Source of the DNA: an uncultured Nitrospiraceae bacterium | GTDB lineage: Bacteria > Nitrospirota > Thermodesulfovibrionia > Thermodesulfovibrionales > Dissulfurispiraceae | NCBI GenBank assembly: GCA_963705105.1 | Contig: CAVPIW010000005.1 | Location: forward strand, 416,001 to 480,000 | Reading direction: 5' to 3' | DNA length: 64,000 bases | Part shown: positions 47,832 to 59,317 of the stretch, piece by piece | How positions within the stretch are numbered: the stretch's first letter is position 1 | Layout of the letters: every line of letters starts with the position of its first letter | Notes under the pieces: generated by a model | Told to the model about the DNA's origin: nothing | The model's database searches: none | What the model saw: the letters and a program-made list of their open reading frames with translations, nothing else | Made by a program: the position numbers and the translations under genes

Positions 47832-48845
47832 CTATTTGTTTTCGCGACATATCATTTCGCCGTGCCGGAAAGCGCATTCCACTCTATAACCATATTTCAA
47901 TTGGATTATTGCACCTGCGGGAGAGATGCTGCCTATGGCAGGCTCGGAAAGGTGTTTTGCATCGGGCAGTTTTGTCTTTGATAGCAGGGTTATGCCGCCC
48001 GTCGTTATCTTCCAGGCGGCAAATTCCCGGGGTGACTCTGTTTCACCATCGACGTGCGTATCGAGATCCATTTCTTCGGGCTCAAGCACCGCTATGATCT
48101 CCTTTTTCTTATCCCCGTCCATATCCGCAAGGGCCGCGTAAATGACAGAGGGCGCGCCAGTCCAGTTCGGCCACCACATTTCGTAGCCGTCTTTCTTCCA
48201 TCGGAGCACGGCAGCGCCGGGCCGGGACGTTCTGTCACGGCCCCGGCCGGGCAGGAAGATCTCTGCTATGCCGTCACCGTCCAGGTCCGGAAACTCCGGG
48301 TGACCTTCAAGCAAGACTGGTCCGCTGATGAGATCGAGGGACTGCGTCTTCAGATTCAGGTAAAACAGTCCTGTGCCTGACGAGCCGCCGATACGAGTCA
48401 TAAAGACCGCCTTTGGATATGGCTGTTCATCGAGGAACCATGCTCCGGGGTTGTAGCCAAGACTCTCAGCCTTCAGCCTCAGGTATCGGCGGTATTTTCC
48501 GCGGATCTTCTTGAAGACGAGAAGCACCACGTTGTCGCCGTCTGTACGATTAAACGGCGACCAGTAGTCGACGAATACCTCCGGCGAACCGTCGCCGTCG
48601 AGGTCAAAGACACCGTAGAAAGTGGCAGAGTGCGCTTTCTTGACTTCCCGAGGGATTTTGACCAATCTGGTCCGACAGACAGAAGGCCTGTTTGAGTCGA
48701 CAAGACAGACCGTGCCGTCGGGGAAAAGGCGGGCCGGCAGCGAACCCTTCCCAAGCGGAGCGGGATCGATTGTCGCAGCGTTCACGCCTCCGGTGGGGAG
48801 GACAATGAGGGCGACAAGAACAAAGGAAAATATTATTGACAACAT
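47832..48845 (-). CDS. Secreted FG-GAP/VCBS-like repeat protein
   Basis: Signal peptide; DLDGDGSPE, DLDGDGIAE, DMDGDKKKE. Confidence 0.85.
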   Translation of the reverse strand: MLSIIFSFVLVALIVLPTGGVNAATIDPAPLGKGSLPARLFPDGTVCLVDSNRPSVCRTRLVKIPREVKKAHSATFYGVFDLDGDGSPEVFVDYWSPFNRTDGDNVVLLVFKKIRGKYRRYLRLKAESLGYNPGAWFLDEQPYPKAVFMTRIGGSSGTGLFYLNLKTQSLDLISGPVLLEGHPEFPDLDGDGIAEIFLPGRGRDRTSRPGAAVLRWKKDGYEMWWPNWTGAPSVIYAALADMDGDKKKEIIAVLEPEEMDLDTHVDGETESPREFAAWKITTGGITLLSKTKLPDAKHLSEPAIGSISPAGAIIQLKYGYRVECAFRHGEMICRENK

Positions 48846-48952
48846 TTTCTGATGACCTCTCGCCTTCGAAATCCTTTTCTGAAATGATACGCTCCGCCTG
48901 ATGAAAAGACAAGGGGGTCTTATTTGATGAACCTTGATGAATCGATAAAATT

Positions 48953-49161
48953 CTCATGAGGCCCCGGTCACAGGAGGAGGCGGGAATCCTGGTCGAGACC
49001 TACCAGCGGGGTGAACCGGAGATACTGAAGAGGGACTTCTTCAACTCGATATGCGCGGCCTTTACGATCGATGAGGTCCGGGAGCAGCTTCACGCTCCGG
49101 ACCTGAGTCATCTTTCCGTGCAACCCGTCAGCGACCGGCACATGATCATCTGCGGCACCAT
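48953..49161 (+). repeat. 209-bp direct repeat, right copy (orphan 3' fragment of the methyltransferase)
   Basis: Encodes MRPRSQEEAGILVETY...DRHMIICGT, as at 40189-40397, with few substitutions. Confidence 0.97.
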
Positions 49162-49221
49162 GCCCCGCTGAAACGGTATAATGATCTATAGCGTCAGAAC
49201 AGAGAAAGACAGGAGGGGCAA

Positions 49222-49395
49222 ATGGGTGAAGAGAAGGAATCGGGCGAGGGAAAGAAAAAGTCGATGTGCAAGGTCGGCAAGGAAGGCGACCTGGAGCGGA
49301 TCAGGCGCCGGGTGAGGGATTCGAAGTATTTCTGTGCGAAGTGCGGTCGTGCTGCCCACAGCAAGGTCTATCTCTGCAAGCCGACCGCCATCTGA
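49222..49395 (+). CDS. Small basic Cys-containing protein (57 aa; below the ORF-track cutoff)
   Basis: AGGAGG RBS, TATAAT upstream; MGEEKESGEGKKKSMCKVGKEGDLERIRRRVRDSKYFCAKCGRAAHSKVYLCKPTAI. Confidence 0.8.
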   Translation: MGEEKESGEGKKKSMCKVGKEGDLERIRRRVRDSKYFCAKCGRAAHSKVYLCKPTAI

Positions 49396-49408
49396 CACGT
49401 CCCTGAAC

Positions 49409-50701
49409 ATGAAGGTCCTCCTTATCTCCGAGAACAGGTCGTCGCACCTGCTGTCACCCTTCCCTCTCGGCCTTGCCTTTTTATCGGCGGCCCTGAGGCG
49501 GGCGGGACACGAGGTGGCGGTCATCGATTTCATGTTCCTCGACGCATGGCAGGATGAGCTGAAGTCTGCGCTGGTGCGATTTCAGCCTGATGTTGTCGGT
49601 CTTTCCATCCGCAACATCGACAACCAGGACATGCATAACCCCGTTTTTTTCCTCGATGACCATCGCGCCATCGTCAATGCCATCCGCGCATTCAGCGACG
49701 CACCTGTCATCCTCGGCGGCGCCGGGTTCGGCATCCATCCCGCCGGCTGCCTCCGCTACCTCGAAGCGGATTTCGGCATTTACGGAGAAGGCGAGGAGGC
49801 ATTCCCCCTGCTCCTTGAGGCCATGAAGGACGGGGGGTATGAGGAGGTGCCCGGAGCAGTCCGGAGGATGGGGGACCGTATCGTTGTCAACCCTCCGGGG
49901 TTCATCACCGATCCGGACCGTTGGGTCTCTCCCGCATACGACGACTTCGACATAAAGGCCTATCACGAGGCGAAAACGGAGCTGCCGGGGTGCATCACCG
50001 TGCAGAGCAAGCGGGGCTGCCACATGAAATGTATATACTGCTCCACGCCCTTTCTTGAGGGGAGACAGTGCCGGTGGAGGGACCCGGGCCTGACAGTCGG
50101 CGAAATGGCCGTTTTGAAGAGGGAGATGGACGTCCGGCGCTTCTATGTCGTGGACAATGTGTTCAACTTTCCGCCCTCCCAGGCAAAGGACTTCTGCAGG
50201 CGGATCATCGCAGAGGGCCTGGATGTGAGCTGGCAGGCGATCGTGAACCCCGCCTTCGGTGACGGGGAACTCTTCCAGCTGATGGGGCGTGCGGGATGCA
50301 GGTTCATCAGCCTCGGGAACGAGTCAGGCCATGAACTCGTGCTGAGGAGCCTCCGGAAAGGATTTACCCTCAGGAATGTGAAAAAGGCCGCCGGCCTCGC
50401 CCGGTCGAACGGGATCAGGTTTGCATGCTTCCTCCTGCTCGGCGGGCCTGGTGAGACACGGGAAACGGTCATGCAGAGCATCGAGTTCATGGATGAACTC
50501 TCGCCGGACCTCGTGATGCTTAAGGCGGGGATCCGCATCTATCCCGGGACGGAGCTCGAAAGAATAGCCCGGCGCGAAGGGATGATCGGAGATGATGACG
50601 ACCTGCTTCGTCCCTCTTTTTACCTGTCGCCGGCCGTCAGGGACTGGGTGCGCGATTATCTGGACGTGACGGTACGGGACCGGGGAAACTGGAAAATTTG
50701 A
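49409..50701 (+). CDS. B12-binding domain radical SAM protein
   Basis: MKVLLIS..PLGLAFL, GLSIRNID, GEGE, KRGCHMKCIYC. Confidence 0.93.
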   Translation: MKVLLISENRSSHLLSPFPLGLAFLSAALRRAGHEVAVIDFMFLDAWQDELKSALVRFQPDVVGLSIRNIDNQDMHNPVFFLDDHRAIVNAIRAFSDAPVILGGAGFGIHPAGCLRYLEADFGIYGEGEEAFPLLLEAMKDGGYEEVPGAVRRMGDRIVVNPPGFITDPDRWVSPAYDDFDIKAYHEAKTELPGCITVQSKRGCHMKCIYCSTPFLEGRQCRWRDPGLTVGEMAVLKREMDVRRFYVVDNVFNFPPSQAKDFCRRIIAEGLDVSWQAIVNPAFGDGELFQLMGRAGCRFISLGNESGHELVLRSLRKGFTLRNVKKAAGLARSNGIRFACFLLLGGPGETRETVMQSIEFMDELSPDLVMLKAGIRIYPGTELERIARREGMIGDDDDLLRPSFYLSPAVRDWVRDYLDVTVRDRGNWKI

Positions 50702-50708
50702 AACCGGG

Positions 50709-50954
50709 TTAGAGGCCCGATTCGGTCTGGTAGGTGCGGTAGTACGGGGAGTCTTCGCCGTAGAAATGCACGTCATCGCCGTCTTCACCGAGAAGGCCGG
50801 GCAATGCGTATCCGATGAACGCGCCGGTGGCGGTACCGACGAGCGCTCCTCTCCAGGGGTTCCTCTTGTCGCAGAGCATCCCCATGACACCACCCACTCC
50901 TGCAATGCAGAGCGATGTGGTGAGCTTGAGCTTTTCCTTCGGACATTCGTTCAT
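50709..50954 (-). CDS. Small glycine-rich membrane protein
   Basis: AGVGGVMG...GALVGTATGAFIG glycine-zipper-like segments. Confidence 0.6.
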   Translation of the reverse strand: MNECPKEKLKLTTSLCIAGVGGVMGMLCDKRNPWRGALVGTATGAFIGYALPGLLGEDGDDVHFYGEDSPYYRTYQTESGL

Positions 50955-51042
50955 AATTTTAATAATATCATATTTCTTTCCCCTCGTGCCCAAAAGGGAT
51001 TTCTGAAAAACCCGCAATGCAGCGGCGTTGCAGGAGATGACA

Positions 51043-51699
51043 TCACCTGCTTCTCCGGACTCCCACCCTCTCGCAGAAGCCCGAGATGGTGCACTGCGAG
51101 CAGAGCGGGGAAAGGGGTTTGCATATATGCTGGCCGAAGGCCACGAGGTTGCCGTTGAGCTCTTTCCAGTAACGGACCGGAACGGTCTCCCTGAGGGCGA
51201 ACTCCGTCTCCTTCGGGCTGCCCGTCTGCACCAGTCCCCAGCGGTTCGTGATCCGGTGGACATGGGTATCGACACAGATGCCCGGCTTACCGTATCCGAG
51301 GGTCACAACAAGGTTCGCCGTCTTCCTGCCGACGCCCCGGAGCGTCAGGAGTTCATCGATGGAATCGGGCACGCGTGATTTGTGACGCTCCACGATCTCG
51401 CGGCTCATTTCCCGGATCCTCTCCGCCTTGACCCGGTAGAATCCCACGGGATAGATCACCTTTTCGATCGTCTCGACGGGCAGCAGAGCCACCGCTTCTG
51501 GAGTGTCAGCGAGGGCGAAGAGCCGGCTGGACGCTTCGGCAGTGGTCTTGTCCTGGGTGCGGAGGCTGAGAATGCAGGAGATGAGCACCTTGAAAGGGTC
51601 GTTGTCCTTCGCCGCCATGGTGTCGAGCCAGGGTATGCCAAGCTTTCTGACCTGGCGCTTCAGGCTGGCCCAGGCGCTCCTGAAATCGGCAGGGGTCAT
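51043..51699 (-). CDS. nth: Endonuclease III
   Basis: LSLRTQD, HhH GVGRKTAN, VDTHV, C-x6-C-x2-C-x5-C Fe-S motif. Confidence 0.95.
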   Translation of the reverse strand: MTPADFRSAWASLKRQVRKLGIPWLDTMAAKDNDPFKVLISCILSLRTQDKTTAEASSRLFALADTPEAVALLPVETIEKVIYPVGFYRVKAERIREMSREIVERHKSRVPDSIDELLTLRGVGRKTANLVVTLGYGKPGICVDTHVHRITNRWGLVQTGSPKETEFALRETVPVRYWKELNGNLVAFGQHICKPLSPLCSQCTISGFCERVGVRRSR

Positions 51700-51887
51700 T
51701 CCTGCAGGGTTATGGCGTCGACGGGACAGTTCTCTTCAGCCGCCTCGCAGCAGCCGACGAATTCACAGGCCTCGGGGTCGATCACTGTCGATTTCCCTGT
51801 CGTCTCGTCGAGGTGAAAGACGGCAGGGCAGATCTCCTCGCAGTTGCCGCAGCTTATGCAGGCTTCTTCGTCAACGATCACGTCCAT
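51696..51887 (-). CDS. Single-cluster ferredoxin
   Basis: CISCGNC...CP and ENCPVDAI; acidic. Confidence 0.93.
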   Translation of the reverse strand: MDVIVDEEACISCGNCEEICPAVFHLDETTGKSTVIDPEACEFVGCCEAAEENCPVDAITLQE

Positions 51888-52880
51888 TCATATCTCCTCG
51901 ATGATCATCCCCGCCAGGAGCGGGAACATGATTTCATGGTGTCCCGTGAGGGAGAAGCACCGACCTTTCATCATGGTCGGTCTTTTGAGAACGTTTTCAC
52001 GGGGGCGGTAGTGCTGGATAAAGTCCATATTCACCGTCGTGAGGGTCTCGACGGTGTTGCCGAGGTTCCTGGCGATGGTCAATGCCTTGAGAAAGACCTC
52101 GGGAAGGATGACGGCGGAACCGAGATTGATGTACACGCCTCCCTCGAGGTCGGCGACGACGGAGGTAAAGAGCCGGAAGTCCATCATGCTGCCCTCCCCG
52201 ATGCTCCTTCCGTCGGCATCGGGGTGCATATGGATGATGTCCGATCCGACGGCCACATGGACCGTTGCCGGTATGTCCTTTCGAAAGGCGGCCCTGAAGA
52301 CACTGGCGTCGACGAAGGGAAAGCCCGAGGAGTCGATGTAGGACCCCATGGAACGGCCGATGCCCCGGCCCGCGCGGACACCCTCCGTAATGGCCCTGTT
52401 GATCAACTGACCCGTCTCCCTGGCCATGCCGAAGGTCCCCGCGCAGAGTTCCCGCGCCACGTCTTCGGAGGTCCGGCCGATGAAGGACATCTCGAAATCA
52501 TGGATGATGCAGGCGCCGTTCGTCGCGATCGCCGTAATGACTTCCCGTTCGATGAGATCGATGATAAGGGGAGAGAGGCCGACCTTGACGGGGTGGGCGC
52601 CCATGCCGAGAACGACGGGCCTTCCTTTCCTGCGGGCATCGATAACGGCGCCGACGACCGCTCTCAGATCATCGGCTGCGAGGAATCCCGGCAAGGCCGA
52701 GGCGAACTCCGCGAATGTCGCCCCTTTCCTGTGCGGTTTTCCGGCCTGATCGAGGGAGGCCTTGCTCGGCCGGTCCCTGAGAGAATACGTTTTGATGCCC
52801 GATATGTCGATCTGTCCGTATTTCAAACCGCCCCTGTCTCCCGTCGCACACCGGTCCCCGTTGTCCATCGGCGTACCCAT
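51888..52880 (-). CDS. Conserved protein with a deoxyhypusine-synthase-like fold
   Basis: MGAHPVKVG, NGACIIHDFE, FGMA.ET, GSAVILPEVFLKAL, GHHEIM. Confidence 0.75.
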   Translation of the reverse strand: MGTPMDNGDRCATGDRGGLKYGQIDISGIKTYSLRDRPSKASLDQAGKPHRKGATFAEFASALPGFLAADDLRAVVGAVIDARRKGRPVVLGMGAHPVKVGLSPLIIDLIEREVITAIATNGACIIHDFEMSFIGRTSEDVARELCAGTFGMARETGQLINRAITEGVRAGRGIGRSMGSYIDSSGFPFVDASVFRAAFRKDIPATVHVAVGSDIIHMHPDADGRSIGEGSMMDFRLFTSVVADLEGGVYINLGSAVILPEVFLKALTIARNLGNTVETLTTVNMDFIQHYRPRENVLKRPTMMKGRCFSLTGHHEIMFPLLAGMIIEEI

Positions 52881-53066
52881 CTTCTCGCCGCGCTCCTGCT
52901 GCGTGCAGAAGTCCCGGCGGTTTCAGAAATTGTAGCATAACCGGTAATATTCGCACACGGCCGTCCCACATACGTCCACACTCCTGCCTAAATCACCCCT
53001 GTCCGGGATAGCCTGCAGCAAAACCTCGTTTCAGATCATTATTCGGATATCGATGCTCTGTTCGGG

Positions 53067-53151
53067 TTGACGCCCTCGTAAAAAAACCGGACACAGCGCT
53101 TGTCTGTCATTCCCGCCTTCGCGGGTATGACGACTTTCTCGAATCCATCAA
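53067..53151. repeat. Short palindromic element containing a REP-like hairpin
   Basis: TTGACGCCCTCGTAAAAA ... ACTTTCTCGAATCCATCAA enclosing GTCATTCCCGCCTTCGCGGGTATGAC (53106-53131). Confidence 0.65.
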
Positions 53152-53248
53152 GGTTGATTTTCTTACTCTTTATATGCTATTTTTTAATTTCCGCAGCGGA
53201 ACCTGGTTTTCCCGCAGCAGATGACTCAGCACAGCAAGGAGGCGTTAC

Positions 53249-53569
53249 TTGGTCACAAAGGCGGCACCCAAAAAGAACCTCTCGACCCTGAAAAGGGCCA
53301 GGCAGGACGACAAGAAAAAAGAGCGCAATCTCTCGGTAAAGACGAAGATCAAGACCTACATCAAGAAGTTCGAATCGTCTTTGGCATCGAAAAATCCCGA
53401 AGAAGCGAACAGCACCATGCAGGCGACGATCAAGGTCATCGGCAACGCCGCTTCAAAAGGCATCATCCACCGGAATACGGCATCGAGGAAGATTTCGAGG
53501 CTCATGAAGAAGGCACACGAGGCCTTCCGGCAGGAGACCGCCCCGCAGGAGCCCGCTTCAGCCGAATAA
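53249..53569 (+). CDS. rpsT: 30S ribosomal protein S20
   Basis: KRARQ...RN.S.K..IKTYIKK...ASKGIIHRNTASRKISRL; TTG start after GGAGG. Confidence 0.95.
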   Translation: MVTKAAPKKNLSTLKRARQDDKKKERNLSVKTKIKTYIKKFESSLASKNPEEANSTMQATIKVIGNAASKGIIHRNTASRKISRLMKKAHEAFRQETAPQEPASAE

Positions 53570-54428
53570 GCCTGACCAGGAGCTCTTCGAGGGCGCAGGG
53601 ACGGGAGGACTTCAGTGCGATGTCCGCCTCGTGGAGCGCCGAGAAGATCTCCCTGCTGAGGCGGGCATCACCGGCGCCCTTTGCGCCGTAGTGCCAGTTC
53701 AGCGCCCCGAGGAGGGCCATCGGGTCGATGATGCTCCCGATCTGCTCGAAAATTCTGAAAACCTTCCCCGCATCTCCTCGTTCAAGTGCCCTGATGAGGT
53801 CGAAAGCGGAATATTCTATGCCCGCATAGACCGTGTCCTTCAGATCCGCCGCATCTATGGATTCTTTCCCCAGGGCTGAGCATTTCTCCACTTCCGAGGC
53901 GAGCATCCCGAAATCCGTCCCCACACAGCTGACAAGGTAGTCAATGGCACGGTCGCTCAGTGTAATGCCCCGTTTCCGCGCACGCGCCCGCACCCACGAG
54001 GGTATCTCCTTTTCCGGAACAGCAAGGGCAAGGACTTTCACCGTTTTCAGGAAGGCGGCGTCAAGGGTCTTCGGGACCGCTCCCTCGCAAAGCATGACGA
54101 GGAGGGATGCGGGGGAGGGGTTTCCGAGGTATGACCCGAGTCTCTTCACCTCGGCCTTCTTCATTTTCTGGATGTTCCTGACGAGGACGAGGCGGCGTCC
54201 CGTGAGGAAAGGCAGGGTGTTCAGGAGATCTATGATCCCTTCGAAGGACACCGGGGTGTCCGGTGAGGCGAGGTCGAAGGAGTCCGTATTCAGGGCGTCG
54301 GAGGGGCCGAAGGCGTCCCTGATGTGCGTCAGGGCGTCGTAGAGGAGAAAACCGTCGTCCGAGTGGATGAGATAAGCCGGCGACGGGAGCCCCTTTGCGA
54401 TTTCCCCGTAAAACTGCCTGAAACTCAT
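53502..54428 (-). CDS. holA: DNA polymerase III delta subunit
   Basis: PAYLIH, NTLPFL..RRLVLV, EVEK, AFDL, ADIALKSS; leuS-lptE-holA synteny opposite rpsT. Confidence 0.9.
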   Translation of the reverse strand: MSFRQFYGEIAKGLPSPAYLIHSDDGFLLYDALTHIRDAFGPSDALNTDSFDLASPDTPVSFEGIIDLLNTLPFLTGRRLVLVRNIQKMKKAEVKRLGSYLGNPSPASLLVMLCEGAVPKTLDAAFLKTVKVLALAVPEKEIPSWVRARARKRGITLSDRAIDYLVSCVGTDFGMLASEVEKCSALGKESIDAADLKDTVYAGIEYSAFDLIRALERGDAGKVFRIFEQIGSIIDPMALLGALNWHYGAKGAGDARLSREIFSALHEADIALKSSRPCALEELLVRLIRLKRAPAGRSPAGRPRVPSS

Positions 54429-54472
54429 GGGTGTATGACAGGCCCGCTGCGCAATGTCCTGTCATATGATGT

Positions 54473-54508
54473 GACGGGAAGGCAGACATGGTTCAAAGCC
54501 TTCCCGTC
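54473..54508. repeat. Collapsed family B element (hairpin of fused ends)
   Basis: GACGGGAAGGC-AGACATGGTTCAAA-GCCTTCCCGTC. Confidence 0.75.
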
Positions 54509-54531
54509 CCTGAGTTCGCTTCTCCTGTTAC

Positions 54532-55015
54532 TCATGGCGCCTGGTAGAGGACCCGTCTGAGCAGTTCCTCCGAGAGGTCCTGCAGGGCCCTGTCCGTTGC
54601 AACCTCCTTCTCTGCGATGACGTTCTCCAGCTTTCCTGTTGCACTGAAGTAGGTGACGAAGGGGCTCCCGACGCCGACGAGTTTGGCGGCCTTCCCGTCA
54701 CCGTCCCGGAACTCGAAGTCGGCCTTGATGACGATGGCATACTCCGAGGCCGTCAGGTCCCTCTCGGACAGGACCTGCAGCCTAAAGTCCGTGATGCTGC
54801 CGCTAAGAGTGTACGGTGCTGCGGGCCGGACATCGAATCCGTATTCCATGAAGGTGTCCGTCAGGATACTGTTGAGCCTGTCCTGGAGTTTGGGCTCAAG
54901 GGTCTTATTCTCGACAGGCATGATCGTGATGGCCCTGAAAGGGAGGTCCGCCTTCCCGTGCACCGAATACCCGCAGCCGGACAGAAGTGCGATCAGGAAA
55001 ATCAGAAGGAGCTTG

Positions 55016-55035
<20 letters not shown>
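54532..55035 (-). CDS. lptE: LPS assembly lipoprotein
   Basis: Lipobox LSGC followed by GY; lies between leuS and holA. Confidence 0.85.
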
Positions 55036-57556
<2,521 letters not shown>

Positions 57557-57562
57557 CGCACC

Positions 57563-58276
57563 TCACAGTTTTATGCCGAAATCGGGAAACAGGCCCGACA
57601 GCCTGCCCATGCTGTTTGTCAGGAGCATGATGCCGAAGATGATGAGCACAAGGCCGCTCACGACCATGATGACGCGCATGAACCTGTGAATGGTGCGCGC
57701 GTTGTTCAGGAACACGTTGATCGCCAATGTCGCGAGGACGAAAGGCACGGCGAGGCCGAGGGAATAGACGGACAGGAGCTTGAGACCGTATGTCGCCGAC
57801 CCCTGGGAACCGGCGTAGATGAGGATCGTCCCGAGGATCGGGCCGATGCAGGGTGTCCATCCTGCCGCGAAGCTCATCCCGATCAGGAAGGCGCCTGCAT
57901 ATCCCGCGGGACCCTTATGGATATGGAATCTCCTGTCGCGCATGAGGAAATCGAGCTTCACCGCGCCGGCGACGAAGAGTCCGAATATGATCGTGAGAAT
58001 ACCGCCGCCGATCCGCAGGTAGTCCTGGTAGTCGAGCAGGAAACCGCCCAGGTACGACGACGACGCCCCGAGAGAGATGAAGATCGTCGAGAAGCCCATG
58101 ATAAAGGCGGCCGTGCTCCCCATCGTTTTCGAGAGGCGGGGGGAGGATTTCAGTTCGTCCAGCGACAGGCCGGTGATGAAAGAGACGTAGGCCGGCACAA
58201 GAGGAAGTACGCAGGGGGAGAAAAATGACAAGAGACCGGCCAGGAAAGCGAGGGGGAATGAGACGTCCCCCTTCAT
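57563..58276 (-). CDS. ccdA: Cytochrome c biogenesis thiol-disulfide transporter
   Basis: SFFSPCVLPL and WTPCIGPIL; ATGA overlap with the mog stop. Confidence 0.93.
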   Translation of the reverse strand: MKGDVSFPLAFLAGLLSFFSPCVLPLVPAYVSFITGLSLDELKSSPRLSKTMGSTAAFIMGFSTIFISLGASSSYLGGFLLDYQDYLRIGGGILTIIFGLFVAGAVKLDFLMRDRRFHIHKGPAGYAGAFLIGMSFAAGWTPCIGPILGTILIYAGSQGSATYGLKLLSVYSLGLAVPFVLATLAINVFLNNARTIHRFMRVIMVVSGLVLIIFGIMLLTNSMGRLSGLFPDFGIKL

Positions 58277-58752
58277 CGTGCGCACTCATCCGGGCTGCCC
58301 TGTATCTTTTCGACGGCGTGGGGAATGACGTCGAGAATGACGCCCAGGTTTTCCCTGACGGCCTTCGGGCTTCCCGGCAGGTTGACGATGAGGGTCCGTC
58401 CCCGGACGCCCGCAACGGCCCGGGAGAGCATTGCCCGCGGCGTCTTCCGGAGGCCTTCCGACCGCATGGCCTCGGCGATGCCCGGCACCTGCCGTTCGAT
58501 GACGTCCAGCGTCGCCTCGGGCGTAACGTCGCGGGGCGCGAGGCCCGTGCCGCCCGTCGTCAGGATGAGGTCGACCTTCCCCGCATAGTCGAGAAGCTTC
58601 TGCCGGATCAGGTCCCGCTCATCGGGAAGAATGTCATAATATGTCACCTCCCCGAGCCCCTTCAGCATCTCGGCGATGGTCCGACCGCTGAGATCCTCGC
58701 GTTCACCCCTCGCCCCCTTGTCGCTCAGCGTGAGAACGGCAACGGTCATCAC
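58273..58752 (-). CDS. mog: Molybdopterin adenylyltransferase (MogA/MoaB family)
   Basis: TLSD, TTGGTG..PRDVTPEAT, LSR, NLPGSP. Confidence 0.92.
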   Translation of the reverse strand: MMTVAVLTLSDKGARGEREDLSGRTIAEMLKGLGEVTYYDILPDERDLIRQKLLDYAGKVDLILTTGGTGLAPRDVTPEATLDVIERQVPGIAEAMRSEGLRKTPRAMLSRAVAGVRGRTLIVNLPGSPKAVRENLGVILDVIPHAVEKIQGSPDECAR

Positions 58753-59201
58753 GGGGCGTCACCGGTCAGCACGCGCACGTCGTCGCCCACTCTGACTCTG
58801 CCTCCCCTGGCGATGCGGATGAATATGCCTTCCTTCGGCATCACGCAATCACCGGCCTGGTGATAGATGGCGCAGCGGGTATGACATTCCTTGCCGATCT
58901 GGCTGACCTCTCCAAGGACTTCACCGCCGATGGCAACGGCTGTGCCGATCGGAAGGGAAGGCAGGTCCAGTCCTTCCGTCGTTATGTTTTCTGCAAAGTC
59001 CCCGGGTTTGACGTCGAGCCCGAGGGCCTGCATCTTTCGGACGCTTTCGATAGCCAGAAGGCTCACCTGCCGGTGCCACTCCGACGAGGCATGGGCATCG
59101 CCGACGATGCCGAAGTTCGCATCGATGAATGCCTCCCCGACGGGTTTTTTCCGGACGCCTTTCTTTTCGCTGATGTTAATGGAGACGACTTTCCCGTTCA
59201 T
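58749..59201 (-). CDS. MOSC domain protein
   Basis: GDAHA..WHRQVSLL, GDFAEN, QIGKECH..C, CVMPKEGIF. Confidence 0.92.
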   Translation of the reverse strand: MNGKVVSINISEKKGVRKKPVGEAFIDANFGIVGDAHASSEWHRQVSLLAIESVRKMQALGLDVKPGDFAENITTEGLDLPSLPIGTAVAIGGEVLGEVSQIGKECHTRCAIYHQAGDCVMPKEGIFIRIARGGRVRVGDDVRVLTGDAP

Positions 59202-59246
59202 ATGAAACTTTAAAATACCACAAAGGGAAAGGGTAAGTCAGCAGGA

Positions 59247-59275
59247 TTGACAGGCGCCTGCCGATGGGATAGAGT
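59247..59275 (+). promoter_or_regulatory. Putative sigma70 promoter
   Basis: TTGACA-N17-TAGAGT upstream of the PQQ dehydrogenase gene. Confidence 0.55.
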
Positions 59276-59317
59276 AAAATATAGACGTTGAACCGGAAAG
59301 AAAACGGGAGGTGTTTC

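Noticed and set aside
40189..49161. 209-bp pair as DGR TR/VR, or as a prophage
   Set aside because: Mismatches are few and not confined to A positions; no RT, integrase or phage genes lie between the copies
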